Part shown: positions 10,031 through 20,271 of the stretch, one piece after another
How positions within the stretch are numbered: the stretch's first letter is position 1
Layout of the letters: each line of letters begins with the position of its first letter
Source of the DNA: an uncultured Verrucomicrobiae bacterium
GTDB taxonomy: Bacteria > Verrucomicrobiota > Verrucomicrobiia > Palsa-1439
Assembly: GCA_963766065.1 (NCBI GenBank)
Contig: CAVYAC010000104.1
Location: 1,516 to 65,515, forward strand
Direction of reading: 5' to 3'
DNA: 64,000 nt
Translations under genes and position numbers: made by a program
Notes under the pieces: generated by a model
Told to the model about the DNA's origin: nothing
Databases searched by the model: none
What the model saw: the letters and a program-made list of their open reading frames with translations, nothing else

Positions 10031-10333
10031 TTGAAACAACTGGGCAAACGGCTGCTCGTCTCGACGATCATCGGCATGATCTTGCTGATCGATCTTATGG
10101 CGGCTTCACCCGAACTGCACGAACTGATTCACTTTGATGCCGGCCAACCCGACCATCATTGCACGGTCACCCTGTTCGCACACGGACAGGTGGATTCCGC
10201 CGTCTGTGAAATAGCTGTGCCTACGATCTCGATCCGGTGGATCGATGCACGCCCGTCTGTTACGCTCTCGGTCGTTAACCCATTCGTCGTCCTTCTTCCT
10301 CCAGGCCGCGCTCCTCCTGCTTCCCCGGCATAA
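10031..10333 (+). CDS. Small His/Cys-rich membrane protein (DUF2946-like?)
   Basis: N-terminal TM segment, then SPELHELIHFDAGQPDHHCTVTLFAHG, ending in GRAPPASPA. Lies directly upstream of a TonB-dependent receptor. Confidence 0.5.
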   Translation: MKQLGKRLLVSTIIGMILLIDLMAASPELHELIHFDAGQPDHHCTVTLFAHGQVDSAVCEIAVPTISIRWIDARPSVTLSVVNPFVVLLPPGRAPPASPA

Positions 10334-10416
10334 TCCAGGCATCCAGATCGCCCTGCGCGGATTGAGCGGGAGCGCAGTTTCGCACATGGAATTCATGGAC
10401 GAGTTGCGCCCTGATT
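10304..10416 (+). repeat. Conserved ~113-nt element, copy B
   Basis: See copy A (9243-9355). Confidence 0.6.
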
Positions 10417-10566
10417 CTTTAGCGTAGCGACCCGCCGCCTTTGAGAAAGACGGGCCGCAGGAGCGATTTTCGCAGACCAAAGAATGAGCGGGTTTCTCCT
10501 GCCCGCATTCCAGGTATGTGAACCTGTCAAGCCAGGAGAGGAAATCGCTATTTATTGGAATAAGAA

Positions 10567-13034
10567 ATGAAATCGAACTTCGAGCAACACGCCGTTCGGC
10601 TCGGCGAACGGGCACGCCCCGGTCGCGCGCGCGCCAGTCTCGCAGTGATCGCCATCGCCGCGTTGGCTTGCGCCCATGTCGTTCTCGCGCAAACCGACAA
10701 TCCACCCGACGCCACCGCTTCTTCCGTGGCAACGCAGACCAACAACCCGACGACCATGACTGTTGTCCCCGCCGTATCCGAAACCAATACTCCACCGGCG
10801 GTACCCGCGCCCGCCGCATCGGAAAATCCCGCGAGCGTCACCACCCCTCCGGTGGCAGTCCCACTTCCCACCAACAGTCCACCGACCGCCGCTGTCCCCG
10901 CATCCACGGAAACGAACGCTCCGGTAGTCGCGTCCGCACCGGCGAGTTCCGGAAGTTCGACCAACGTATCGAAGCTTCCCGAGATGACGGTCTACGGCAA
11001 ATTGGATCAGGCCCGCAGCCAGATTCTGCCGGATCTGGGGGCGACGGCGTACTCGGTGAGCCAGGCGCAAATCGAATCGGAAGCGCAGGGCGACAATGCG
11101 CCATTCAATCAAGTGGTCTTGCGCGCACCGGGTGTCGCGGAGGATTCGGCGGTGAACGGGGACCTGCACGTTCGCGGCGAACACGCAAACCTGCAATACC
11201 GCATCAACGACGTGTTGCTGCCGGAAGGCATCACGGGGTTTGGATTGGAACTCGATCCGCGCTTCGTGAACAGTATGCAGCTCATCGACGGGGCGTTGCC
11301 GGCGGAATATGGTTTCCGCACCGCAGGTGTTGTGGACATCCAAACCAAGGACGGATTCGAAAACGGTGGTGAAGCGGAGATGTATGGCGGATCCTACGAC
11401 ACGTTGCGGCCGAGTTTCGAATACGGCGGCACGCAAGGGAAACTGAGCTACTTCGTGGATGGCAGTTACGACCAAAATGGCATCGGCATCGAGAACCCAA
11501 TCGACAGTGCGATTCCGACCCACGATGACACGAAACAATACAAGGGGTTCACGTATCTGTCCTACATCCTGGATGACACCAGCCGCATCAGCCTCCTGGG
11601 AAGTGCGTCGTACAGCACGTATCAGATTCCCAACGTACTGACAAACAGCACAGCCGCGTATCCGGGGCGCCCGGCCAGCCAGCTACGTTTTCTTCCGCCG
11701 ATTTGAACGAGAACCAGGATGAGCGGAATTACTACGGTGTGTTGGCCTACCAGAAATCGGCGGGTGACCTGAATTTTCAAGTCGCCGGTTACGGTCGCTA
11801 CAGCGGCGTGCATTTTCTTCCCGATCCCACGGGGGACCTCTACTTCAACGGAGTGGCCACCGACGTGAATCGATCGCTCGATTCGGGCGGCCTGCAAGCG
11901 GATGGCAGTTATGTCCTTAACGACCAGCACACCTTGCGTGCTGGCGTGATGGTGTTGCAGGAATTCCTGACGTCCGACACGACGACGACGACCTATACGA
12001 CCAACAGCAGCGGTGCTGCGACGGGGCTGGCGACCTTCGTGGACGATGGCCACCAGCACGCGACGTTCTTCGGCATGTACTTGCAGGACGAATGGAAAAT
12101 CGTACCAAAACTCACGCTCAATTTTGGCGCGCGCTTCGACCTGTATTCCTCTTCATTCGACGACGAAAACCAAGTCAGCCCGCGCGCCAACTTGATCTAC
12201 CAAGCGACGACCAATACCACGTTGCACGCCGGGTATGCGCGATACTTCACGCCGCCGCCGCTGGAAAATATACCGGCGACCACCGTGTCGCAATTCAATG
12301 GTACTGCAAATGCCTCCGAGGTGACCCAGGACGATCCGGTCAAGGCCGAGCGCGCGAACTATTTCGACGCGGGCATCAGCCAGAAACTTGCGCCGGGGCT
12401 GCAAGTGGGCGTGGATGGATACTATAAAGAGGCTCGCAACCAACTGGACGACGGCTTGTTCGGGCAGTCGCTGATTCTCTCGGCGTTCAACTATCGGCTA
12501 GGCCGGGTGTACGGTGTGGAATTCACCGGCAGTTATGCGACTGGGGGGTTCTCCTCCTACGCGAATGTTGCCTACTCGGTGGCACAGGGTGAGGACTGGA
12601 ACTCGGCGCAATTCCTGTTTTCTCCCAACGACCTGGCGTATGTCCAAAACCATTGGATCTACCTCGACCACGATCAACGGGTCAGCGGCTCCTTTGGTGC
12701 GGCGTACACCTGGAAAGAAGTCCGTGGCAGCACCCACATATACGTGGACGCGATCTACGGCAGCGGGCTGCGGCAGAATGGCGGGGGATTTGAACCCAAC
12801 GATCCGTCCGCGCCCATTCCCAATGGCGCCAGCGTGCCGGTGTACTACTCGGTGAACATGGGCGTGGAACAGGACATGAAACTGGACAAGACACGCGTGT
12901 TGAAGGCCCGGTTGGATGTCGTGAACATCACGGACAACGTCTATGAACTCCGCAGCGGTACCGGCGTTGGTGTCAACGCTGCCCAATATGGCATGCGCCG
13001 TGGTATATTCGGCACGCTTGGGTTAGCATTCTGA
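10567..13034 (+). pseudogene. TonB-dependent outer-membrane receptor, frameshifted near 11662-11670 (or assembly error)
   Basis: Signal peptide and plug (MTVYG, VVLRAPGV, DLHVRGEH, IDGALPAEYG) lie in frame 1. The sequence continues in frame 0 as APGQPATFSSADLNENQDERNYYGVLAYQ and runs to the terminal AF. Confidence 0.85.
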
Positions 13035-13052
13035 AATAGATAAGAGCCGTCT

Positions 13053-13782
13053 GTGAATGCCAAAGGTACAATTCAGTTCGTCGGGCCGCCGGTGACGGCG
13101 TGCCCGACGGACTCGATTGCTCACATCGGCATGGAGCCGAGTGATGACACGTCCCTCGTCCCCGTGCTGACCCTCGTGATCTGGACAGTCTGCCTGGCCG
13201 TGGGACTCCTCGGGTTCCTGCTGCCCTACTCGCGTGTCCACCGATTCATCAAGGCACCCGAACCGGTCAGGGTGGAGAAACTGTTTGTGCAACTGGGCAA
13301 GCAAACCATTGTGCCGACAGAGAACGAACGTCAGCCCGCCAATGGCGGGCCTTCGACGGCCCTGCCGTCCGATGAAATGGCTCCCCCGGGCAATTCCCGT
13401 TGCGGAACCGTCTCCCGCCATCGCCTTCGCCTTGCCCGTGGAGGGCGCCACGCGCGTCGTTCCCTTCGACCAGGCGGCGTATGGCCGGCCGTCCAAGCCG
13501 GTTCCGAACGTCCAAGAGCTCACGTTCGGCGTGGGCGAGGGTCAACAGGCTTCTCCGGAGTATCCGCGCGAAGCAATCGAACAGCACCAAGAGGGCACGG
13601 TGGTCATCCGCCTTGTCGTCGGTGAGAGCGGCCTCGTCACCTCGGCCGAAGTCATCCGGGCTTCTCCCTGGCCGTTACTAAACGAATCTGCCGTCCGGAC
13701 AATTCGCCACCAGTGGCGGTTCGCCCCGGGTGGCGTGCGTACGTACGACGTACCGATTCACTTTCAAATCACTCCCCAATGA
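13053..13782 (+). pseudogene. tonB: TonB energy transducer, frameshifted near 13386-13393 (or assembly error)
   Basis: The N-terminal TM segment LVPVLTLVIWTVCLAVGLLGFLL lies in frame 0. The C-terminal TonB domain (EYPREAIEQHQEGTVVIRLVV...[12 protein letters not shown]) lies in frame 1. The switch falls at a CCCCCGGG run. Confidence 0.75.
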
Positions 13783-13795
13783 AAGACCTCAATTT

Positions 13796-14512
13796 ATGAT
13801 GCCAATTCTACTAGCCAACATCGTCGTGGACTTCTTCTTCAAAGGCGGCCCGGTCATGTGGCCGATCCTCCTCGCCTTTCTCGCCGCTCTCGTGGTTATC
13901 CTCGAGCGCGCACTCTGGTGGACCAGTCTCCGCCGTCGCGCGAATCCCAAATCGTTGCACGAGGCGTTTGACGCCATCGCCAACGGCGATTTCGACCGCG
14001 CCGTGCAGATGACGACGGCCACCGACGATCCGTTCTTGTGTACGGTCCATGAAGGCCTGCTGCATGCACATTCGTCCCTGCTCGGTGCCATGCAATTGCG
14101 CGCCAACGACGAGATCGAGAAAGCAGAAAAATACGTCTGGATCCTCGGCACACTGATTACGCTGGCCCCGCTCCTCGGGTTGCTCGGCACGGTCACCGGC
14201 ATCATGCGTTCGTTCAGCTTCGTCGGCCAGGAGGAGCTGGCGGCAGTAAAAGTCAGCGGCGGCATCGCCGAAGCCCTGATTGCCACGGCGTGCGGCTTGA
14301 GCACGGCGATTCTTTGCCTGTTGCCATTTAACTTTTACAACCGCCGACTGGTGCGGTTCCGATCGCGATTGGAACAAACGATCAATCACGTCGAGTTGGT
14401 CGTCGAATCGGCCAAACATCACGGCTACGATCTCGAGGAGTTTGCCCGGCAACGCGCCCAGCGCGCCCAAGCCGAGGGACGCCCCGTGTTGACACCCAAA
14501 TCCCAATCCTGA
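13796..14512 (+). CDS. exbB: MotA/TolQ/ExbB proton channel
   Basis: [10 protein letters not shown], three TM segments, and [14 protein letters not shown]...[13 protein letters not shown]. Confidence 0.9.
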   Translation: MMPILLANIVVDFFFKGGPVMWPILLAFLAALVVILERALWWTSLRRRANPKSLHEAFDAIANGDFDRAVQMTTATDDPFLCTVHEGLLHAHSSLLGAMQLRANDEIEKAEKYVWILGTLITLAPLLGLLGTVTGIMRSFSFVGQEELAAVKVSGGIAEALIATACGLSTAILCLLPFNFYNRRLVRFRSRLEQTINHVELVVESAKHHGYDLEEFARQRAQRAQAEGRPVLTPKSQS

Positions 14513-14521
14513 GTTGCGCCC

Positions 14522-14953
14522 ATGCCACTGAAACTTGGTCCCAAACAACCGTCCGAATCCGACGCGCGGATTGAAATCATCCCGTTGATCGACATCATGT
14601 TCTTTCTGCTCGCCAGCTTCATGCTGGTGAGCCTGAGCATGGTCAACTTGAAAAGCGTCAAGGTGAACCTGCCAACCGCCACCCGGGCGACACTCGATAC
14701 GAAGAACGATTTTGCGAGCATCTCGGTGGATAAGGACGGCGCGTTGTACCTCGACAAGCAACCCGTCGGGCCGAACGAGTTGGTGTCGCGGTTGAATGCC
14801 TGGCATCACACCAATGAAAACCTCCGCGTGTTCATCAGTGGCGACCAGGACGTCCGCTATGGCGCGGTCATCCATGTGCTCGATCTGGTGCGGTCGACGG
14901 GCATCCAAAAAGTCGCCTTTGAGATTCGCGAGCCGACGTCCGCGCAGCCATGA
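14522..14953 (+). CDS. exbD: ExbD/TolR biopolymer transport protein
   Basis: IEIIPLIDIMFFLLASFM TM segment followed by an ExbD periplasmic domain. Confidence 0.9.
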   Translation: MPLKLGPKQPSESDARIEIIPLIDIMFFLLASFMLVSLSMVNLKSVKVNLPTATRATLDTKNDFASISVDKDGALYLDKQPVGPNELVSRLNAWHHTNENLRVFISGDQDVRYGAVIHVLDLVRSTGIQKVAFEIREPTSAQP

Positions 14954-15444
14954 ATGGTCAATTAAAATACCTGAATTTGTTCGGTGTCGTGGCGCTGGCG
15001 TGCCTGTGCGTCACCCAATGGCTGCATGACCGGCGGCTGAATCTCGAAATCAAGCGCCTCGATCAGGTGCGTTTGGAACAGTCCGCGAAAATCGACGATC
15101 AAGCGAACCAGTTGAAGGGATTGAAGGAGGATCTCGACCAACTCAAAACGTCGCTGGCCACCGAGCGGGCCCTCCGTTCTCAAGTCGAACAAAAATTAGG
15201 ACCTGCCGAAGCCGCCAACGAGCAACTGACCCTGGAACGGGACCAGCTCAAGGCCGCGATTACGAATTGGGCAAATGCGGTAGCACTACGCGATGAACGC
15301 ATGAAAGAAGCCAACGCGCGGATTGAACAACTGGCCGCTGATCTGAACGCCAGCATCCGCAAGTACAACGGCTTGGTCACCAATTACAACGCCGTCGTGA
15401 AATCACTCGGTGGGACGCGCGGTCAGTCGGGCAAGCCGGATTGA
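14950..15444 (+). CDS. Membrane-anchored coiled-coil protein, translationally coupled to exbD
   Basis: Start overlaps the exbD stop (ATGA). One TM segment (LNLFGVVALACLCVTQWL) followed by a heptad-rich Q/E/L/K sequence. Confidence 0.55.
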   Translation: MNGQLKYLNLFGVVALACLCVTQWLHDRRLNLEIKRLDQVRLEQSAKIDDQANQLKGLKEDLDQLKTSLATERALRSQVEQKLGPAEAANEQLTLERDQLKAAITNWANAVALRDERMKEANARIEQLAADLNASIRKYNGLVTNYNAVVKSLGGTRGQSGKPD

Positions 15445-15537
15445 TCCGGGGATTGTGTTGTCGGTGGATTTGCGGCCAGCGCATTTCCACCAGGAAGAAC
15501 GCGTGGGATGTTCCTGCTTTCCGGAGCGCCGGGCGGA

Positions 15538-15969
15538 TCAGGTACTGGCGACCGGCTCGGATCGTACGGGGAAAATCTCGCGGATGATCTGTCGTGCTTC
15601 TTCTTTCCGCAGAGGTTTATGAAGGTAGCCCTCAATGGAATGCTGACGGATGATCTGCCGCAGCCGGATTTCGTCCGCACCGGAAAAAAGGAGCACTTTG
15701 ATCTCGGGATTGAGCTTTCGCAGGTGATCGACCGTCGCGCCACCGTCCATGGTGGGCATAAAATAATCCACCAGTACCAGATCGATCGTGTCTTTGTCGC
15801 GCGCGTACTTCTCGAGCGCCTTTACCGGGTTGCAGGAGATTTGGACGGTACATCCCAGCCGTTCCAGGACACTTTTGGCCAACATCGCGTTGATGTTGTC
15901 GTCATCAATAATCAAGATGCGGATGTCGGCAAGGTCTGCCCCGTTTCTGGCTGGTTCGCTCGGTTCCAT
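15538..15969 (-). CDS. Stand-alone response regulator receiver (CheY-like)
   Basis: ILIIDDD...DLVLVDYFMPTMDG...KVLLFSG...YLHKP. Confidence 0.85.
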   Translation of the reverse strand: MEPSEPARNGADLADIRILIIDDDNINAMLAKSVLERLGCTVQISCNPVKALEKYARDKDTIDLVLVDYFMPTMDGGATVDHLRKLNPEIKVLLFSGADEIRLRQIIRQHSIEGYLHKPLRKEEARQIIREIFPVRSEPVAST

Positions 15970-16384
15970 GGATCGCCTTTCTACTGTGCGTGGCTCCTAT
16001 ATCAAATGTCTTCGCCTCAATTAAAGCACCTCGCGTGCCACGCAGTGTCTTCTGCCACAACAACTTCGGAGGCAAAGCACCAAGGTGCGGAAGTATGTAC
16101 ATAACGCAACACGGCCAGTAGAAACATGTTCCGCGCCCTACTTGCTTGGATATTCTTTTTCGACAGCGGCAATTTCCACGCGGAGGAACGGGTCTAAAGC
16201 GAACTCGACAACGGCAAATTCGCCACGGACGGTATCCATGCCCGGGCACGGGACTTTACTGACGGAGGCGTTGCGGCATCTCTTTTGCACTTCCTGAAAT
16301 CCTTGATGGAAAGCAGCAGATACCCGCATCCCGCGGCAAGCTCCAGCATCGCAACCGCATAGAATACAACCGATGAATTAACCC

Positions 16385-16525
16385 ATGAAGGCACTTATCC
16401 TCGCAATCATCTCATTTGGACTGGCCATCTATTGTTTGGCGATCTTAGTTGTGGGCTATATCCACAAACCGTTCCATTTTGACGACTTCATCCAACGCGT
16501 GCACGAGGCAGTTGATACGGTCTGA
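16385..16525 (+). CDS. 46-aa TM ORF whose tail resembles a receiver-domain C-terminus (possibly a remnant)
   Basis: Hand translation gives MKALILAIISFGLAIYCLAILVVGYIHKPFHFDDFIQRVHEAVDTV. The upstream frame at 16085..16297 contains SMPGHGTLLTEALRHL. Confidence 0.2.
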   Translation: MKALILAIISFGLAIYCLAILVVGYIHKPFHFDDFIQRVHEAVDTV

Positions 16526-16536
16526 ATCGTGCGCTT

Positions 16537-18801
16537 TCAGAAGTTCACCACCACGCGCACGGGATCGCGAATCGACCGGGTTGCCACGCTCACACGGGTT
16601 GTACGCGTGCTCTCACGATAGTCTGCCGTGGTTCGTTTGCCGTTGACGGAAACGATGTGTGGTTTACCAGTCTCAGGCAATTCCACCACATACGACCGCT
16701 CCTGAACCTGCCCCGCGTAACTGCCCGTTGACGGTGATACGCATATCGCGATTTTGTTGCCAGAACGCCGATACGTTAGAAGTGTTTGCAAGCTTTCGCC
16801 TTTCGAGTACGCCGTCGTCACACCATCGTCCTCATAGAGCGTCGTGCTGGAACTCACGCCATCCGGGCCCGGATAGCAGCGGACCACCAGATTGGTCAGC
16901 GGAGCCGTGGCCATCCGTGGCGAGTACGGCTGTAGCGGGATCGGCACTCCGCCTTTCGCATACAACGGGAACCGATTGATGTCCGCCGAAACGGTCTCGG
17001 TTTGTTCCCCTGAAAAACGCTGGCCGCTGAACCAGTCGTACCAATCTCCCGTCGGGAACCACACGACTTGCTGCGCAACCTTGTCCGGCCCTTCTCCGGG
17101 TGTTGTGATGGGTGCGACCAGAAGACTATCGCCGAAGAAATACTGTTGCGGGTGGCGATAGGCTTCCTCGTTGGTGGGGTACTCGATGTACATCGGTCGG
17201 TTCAACGGCACCGATTCCGAGCAGCTTTGCCACACGCTCGAGTAGATGTACGGGAATAATTCCGACCGCAAATGAAACGACAAGCGCATCGAATCTTCCG
17301 CCTGACGACCGTACGTCCAAGGGCGGCGATCCATGTCGGGCTTGCGCGTGGAATGCGAGCGGAGGGCGGCCGAGGTCGCGCCGAATTGGACCCAGCGCGT
17401 GTAGCTCTGCTCGTTGCGGCCGCCCGTGTGTCCCCCGATGTCGTGCGACCAGAAAAAGCAACCGATGTTTCCCGCGGTGGACGTGAACGGCACTTCAAAC
17501 GTCAGCATGTTCCAACCCGTATCGGCGTCTCCCGAGAAGTGGATTGGATGGCGATGATCCCCCCAACCGGCCCAACGGCTGAACGACTGGCCGCGCAGAC
17601 CATTGCGGCCGGTATGGCGGTAGTAGTACTCATTCAGCCAGGAAAGGTTGGTCAGGTGCGGCAGACTGCGCGTGTAGGGGAACTGTTGCCAGTCCAACCA
17701 CCAGAAGTCCACACCGTCGCGTTCGTGGGGATCGTGTGTGTACTGGAACAGCGTATCGAGATATTTCTTGTTGGCCGCATCGAACGGCAGCGTCGTCTTC
17801 GTCGCCGGATCCTCGCCCATCGCGCGCATGAACGGCTCATACATGTCCTCCTGTGGACCGACGCCATCGGCCGGATGCACGTTCAACGTAACGTGCAGCC
17901 CTTGCTGGTGAAACCATTGCAACAACTCCTCGGCGTCGGGCAACAACTCGCGGTTCCACGACCAGCCGGTCCACCCGCTCTTGTGCCAATCCATGTCCAT
18001 GACGATTACATCGAGCGGAAAATCGTGCTGGGCATACTCCTCGACAATCTGATGGTAATCCTTCGACGAGTATGGCCAATACCGCGAGTACCAGGCGCCC
18101 AACACGTACTTTCGCGGAAGTGGCACCGCTCCGCCAATGCGCGTCAGCGCTTTCAAGCCCGCCTTGTAGTCCGTCCCGTAACCGAACAAATACCAGTCCG
18201 TATTTCCATTGTCCGGGCGCTCCTCCACCCAATCGTCCGTCAGGAGGTGGGTCGATGAATCATCCAATAGATACCAACCATCTCGCGCCAACACGCCGTC
18301 ACCCAGATCAACCGGACCTTTCACGCGATCCAGCGTGCGAATCGTTCCCCCGAGGTTCTCTTGGTTCCGCTGCCCGGGCCACCAATCCAGCCATTCGGCG
18401 CCCCGTGCGATGCGCGCCCGCAAATTCCCCTGGTTGAAGGGTTCGTCGTCAGGTCGGTATTGCAATCGGATCTTCCCCGTGTCGATGGTCACATGACTGC
18501 CGTCTCGGCTCAGCTTGAAACCACGCCAGACCGCGTCGCGTCCGACGGCAAATATGGATTTCGCATCGACAAACCGGCCGTCCTTCGCGTACTCGATCCG
18601 GATGCACTCGGGAGCAATGACCGTGAACCGTGCCTTGCCAATCACTACTTTCGGATCCGTCTGATCCGCCCGAGCCAAAACCGCTGCCAGCAGGAACGCA
18701 GAGACCAGAAGCTGTTTCACGATTCCCGGATTAGAACAGATCGTGTCGACGGACGCAACTTCGCTCGATACCGGGCAACTGGACTTGGCGCAGGCGCGCA
18801 A
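16537..18801 (-). CDS. Glycoside hydrolase family 31 (alpha-glucosidase/xylosidase-like), secreted
   Basis: DVIVMDMDWH, FWWLDWQQ, FSRWAGWGDHRHPIHFSGD, FWSHDIGGH. The likely real start is the GTG near 18720, before signal peptide LLVSAFLLAAVLARA. Confidence 0.85.
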   Translation of the reverse strand: MRACAKSSCPVSSEVASVDTICSNPGIVKQLLVSAFLLAAVLARADQTDPKVVIGKARFTVIAPECIRIEYAKDGRFVDAKSIFAVGRDAVWRGFKLSRDGSHVTIDTGKIRLQYRPDDEPFNQGNLRARIARGAEWLDWWPGQRNQENLGGTIRTLDRVKGPVDLGDGVLARDGWYLLDDSSTHLLTDDWVEERPDNGNTDWYLFGYGTDYKAGLKALTRIGGAVPLPRKYVLGAWYSRYWPYSSKDYHQIVEEYAQHDFPLDVIVMDMDWHKSGWTGWSWNRELLPDAEELLQWFHQQGLHVTLNVHPADGVGPQEDMYEPFMRAMGEDPATKTTLPFDAANKKYLDTLFQYTHDPHERDGVDFWWLDWQQFPYTRSLPHLTNLSWLNEYYYRHTGRNGLRGQSFSRWAGWGDHRHPIHFSGDADTGWNMLTFEVPFTSTAGNIGCFFWSHDIGGHTGGRNEQSYTRWVQFGATSAALRSHSTRKPDMDRRPWTYGRQAEDSMRLSFHLRSELFPYIYSSVWQSCSESVPLNRPMYIEYPTNEEAYRHPQQYFFGDSLLVAPITTPGEGPDKVAQQVVWFPTGDWYDWFSGQRFSGEQTETVSADINRFPLYAKGGVPIPLQPYSPRMATAPLTNLVVRCYPGPDGVSSSTTLYEDDGVTTAYSKGESLQTLLTYRRSGNKIAICVSPSTGSYAGQVQERSYVVELPETGKPHIVSVNGKRTTADYRESTRTTRVSVATRSIRDPVRVVVNF

Positions 18802-18822
18802 TGATGCTACCCTGGCAGGGAC

Positions 18823-19059
18823 ATGAGTCGATCCTGGCTGGCAATCCTATTCACTGTGATCCTTGGCCTTGCCGCGAGCGGCTGCCATACCGCCGCGCCG
18901 GCTCCCTATTACAGCAGCCGCCGGGACCTGCTTGGCCAGCCCGCGTCAACAGAAACTCCTCCGAACACGATCAATCAACGCCTGTCCGGCTCCCCGCCGG
19001 CGCCGCCAAATCAGGACGCGGCCTCCTCCACAAATTCACCGCCTCGTCACGCGCAATGA
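18823..19059 (+). CDS. Small lipoprotein (hypothetical)
   Basis: Lipobox LGLAASGC, then a Pro/Ser-rich tail. Confidence 0.55.
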   Translation: MSRSWLAILFTVILGLAASGCHTAAPAPYYSSRRDLLGQPASTETPPNTINQRLSGSPPAPPNQDAASSTNSPPRHAQ

Positions 19060-19065
19060 AGCGCA

Positions 19066-20130
19066 TTATGGCTTGCCTGGCGGGGCGGTTGACTGGCGGT
19101 TGATAATCTCCATGGGAAACACCAGGTGATCCACCTCCGTCCCCGCGTCCCCTTGCAGTCGCCGAACCAATAACTCCGTCGCTGCCCGACCCAACTGCGC
19201 CATCGGTTGTCGCGCTGTCGTCAGTTTCGGCGTGATGCGCACCGCCCACCGCGAATCATCAAACCCCACCACGGAAATCTGTCCGGGGCAATCCACCTTC
19301 TCGTTGGCGAGCGCCTCCAATACTCCAAAGGCGATTTCGTCGTTTCCGCACACCAGCGCAGTCGGGCGCGGGGAACACTGTTTGACCTGTTGCCAACCCT
19401 GCGTTCCCGTGTCCGTCGCAAACGCACCGCGAATCATCGCCTGGGAATCGATCACTCCCCGGTGTTCCTTCATCGCTTTCAGAAAACCTTCTTCGCGTTC
19501 GGAGGCGGTGCGAGACGTCGTCGGACCGTTGATCAAACCAATCCGTCGATGTCCAAGCCGGAGCAATTCCTTCGTGATCTCGCAGGCACCGGTGACGTTG
19601 TCCGAGCCGACGGTGTTGACGCGGATCGCAGACAGATCGAGGCCGGGGGGCAGGCTCCCACTGATCACCACCACCGTTCGGCCAAAGCTCTCCAGTTTTG
19701 CCAACTCCCCCGCATCCAAGGGCATGGCCATGTACAGCAACCCGCCGGCCCCCATCGCCACGCGTTGCATTTGTTCCACAATGTCCGCCTCTTTGCGGTC
19801 GATCAGCGCGACCCTCGTTTCCGTCCCCCAATCGCGCGAGGCCGAGATCACGCCGGAAAGCACCGCGCCGTAGTAATCGCTCAGGAATATCCCACTCTCC
19901 AACGGCAGCAACACCGTGACAAGATGGATATTCGGTTTGCGCATCAGTTGCGCCGCCGGATGTGGAACGTAATGCGCCTCAAGCGCCAGTTCGTGGATCT
20001 TCTTCCGCAGTTCGGGTGCCACGAGACTACTGGTGTCCTTCCCCAAAGCCCGCGAAACCGTCGACACCGATACCTTCAGCTTTTCGGCGATGTCCTTGAG
20101 CCTGACGCTGGAGCTTTTCGTCGGAGCCAC
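19066..20130 (-). CDS. LacI-family transcriptional regulator
   Basis: HTH LKDIAEKLKVSVSTVSRAL followed by a periplasmic-binding-protein-like sugar-binding core. Confidence 0.9.
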   Translation of the reverse strand: MAPTKSSSVRLKDIAEKLKVSVSTVSRALGKDTSSLVAPELRKKIHELALEAHYVPHPAAQLMRKPNIHLVTVLLPLESGIFLSDYYGAVLSGVISASRDWGTETRVALIDRKEADIVEQMQRVAMGAGGLLYMAMPLDAGELAKLESFGRTVVVISGSLPPGLDLSAIRVNTVGSDNVTGACEITKELLRLGHRRIGLINGPTTSRTASEREEGFLKAMKEHRGVIDSQAMIRGAFATDTGTQGWQQVKQCSPRPTALVCGNDEIAFGVLEALANEKVDCPGQISVVGFDDSRWAVRITPKLTTARQPMAQLGRAATELLVRRLQGDAGTEVDHLVFPMEIINRQSTAPPGKP

Positions 20131-20271
20131 AGATCAATAATCTGCCCGTACGGCCATCCGTTTCCAACAAAATATGCCTCGCCGGAAGCCTTTGCGCTTG
20201 CCGAACCAATCATGGCTGGAAACTGCTCTCTTCCGTCCGGCATCATAGGTGTGATAGTTTCGGCTCGGGTC

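Noticed and set aside
9243-10416. The conserved 113-nt element as a known riboswitch (cobalamin, or NiCo/czcD-type) controlling the downstream metal genes.
   Set aside because: I could not find a B12-box-like core or the conserved junction nucleotides of the metal riboswitches I know. The only obvious stem (CTGCGC/GCGCAG in copy B) is weakened without compensation in copy A. It is kept as an unexplained repeat, not a riboswitch call.
8922-10819. Minus-strand ORFs 8922..9578 and 10106..10819, which share the peptide (A/I)WMPGLCRG.RRSAA, as real paralogous genes.
   Set aside because: The shared peptide is just the reverse translation of the conserved 113-nt element. Outside it the two ORFs are unrelated and Arg-rich. 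The plus-strand small ORFs have TM segments, His/Cys motifs and sensible context.
11662-13393. Phase variation by slipped-strand mispairing at the receptor 2 and tonB frameshift sites.
   Set aside because: The runs are only 4-5 nt (GGGG, CCCCC), far shorter than tracts known to phase-vary. Other frameshifts in the window, such as the one near 7170, are not in homopolymers.
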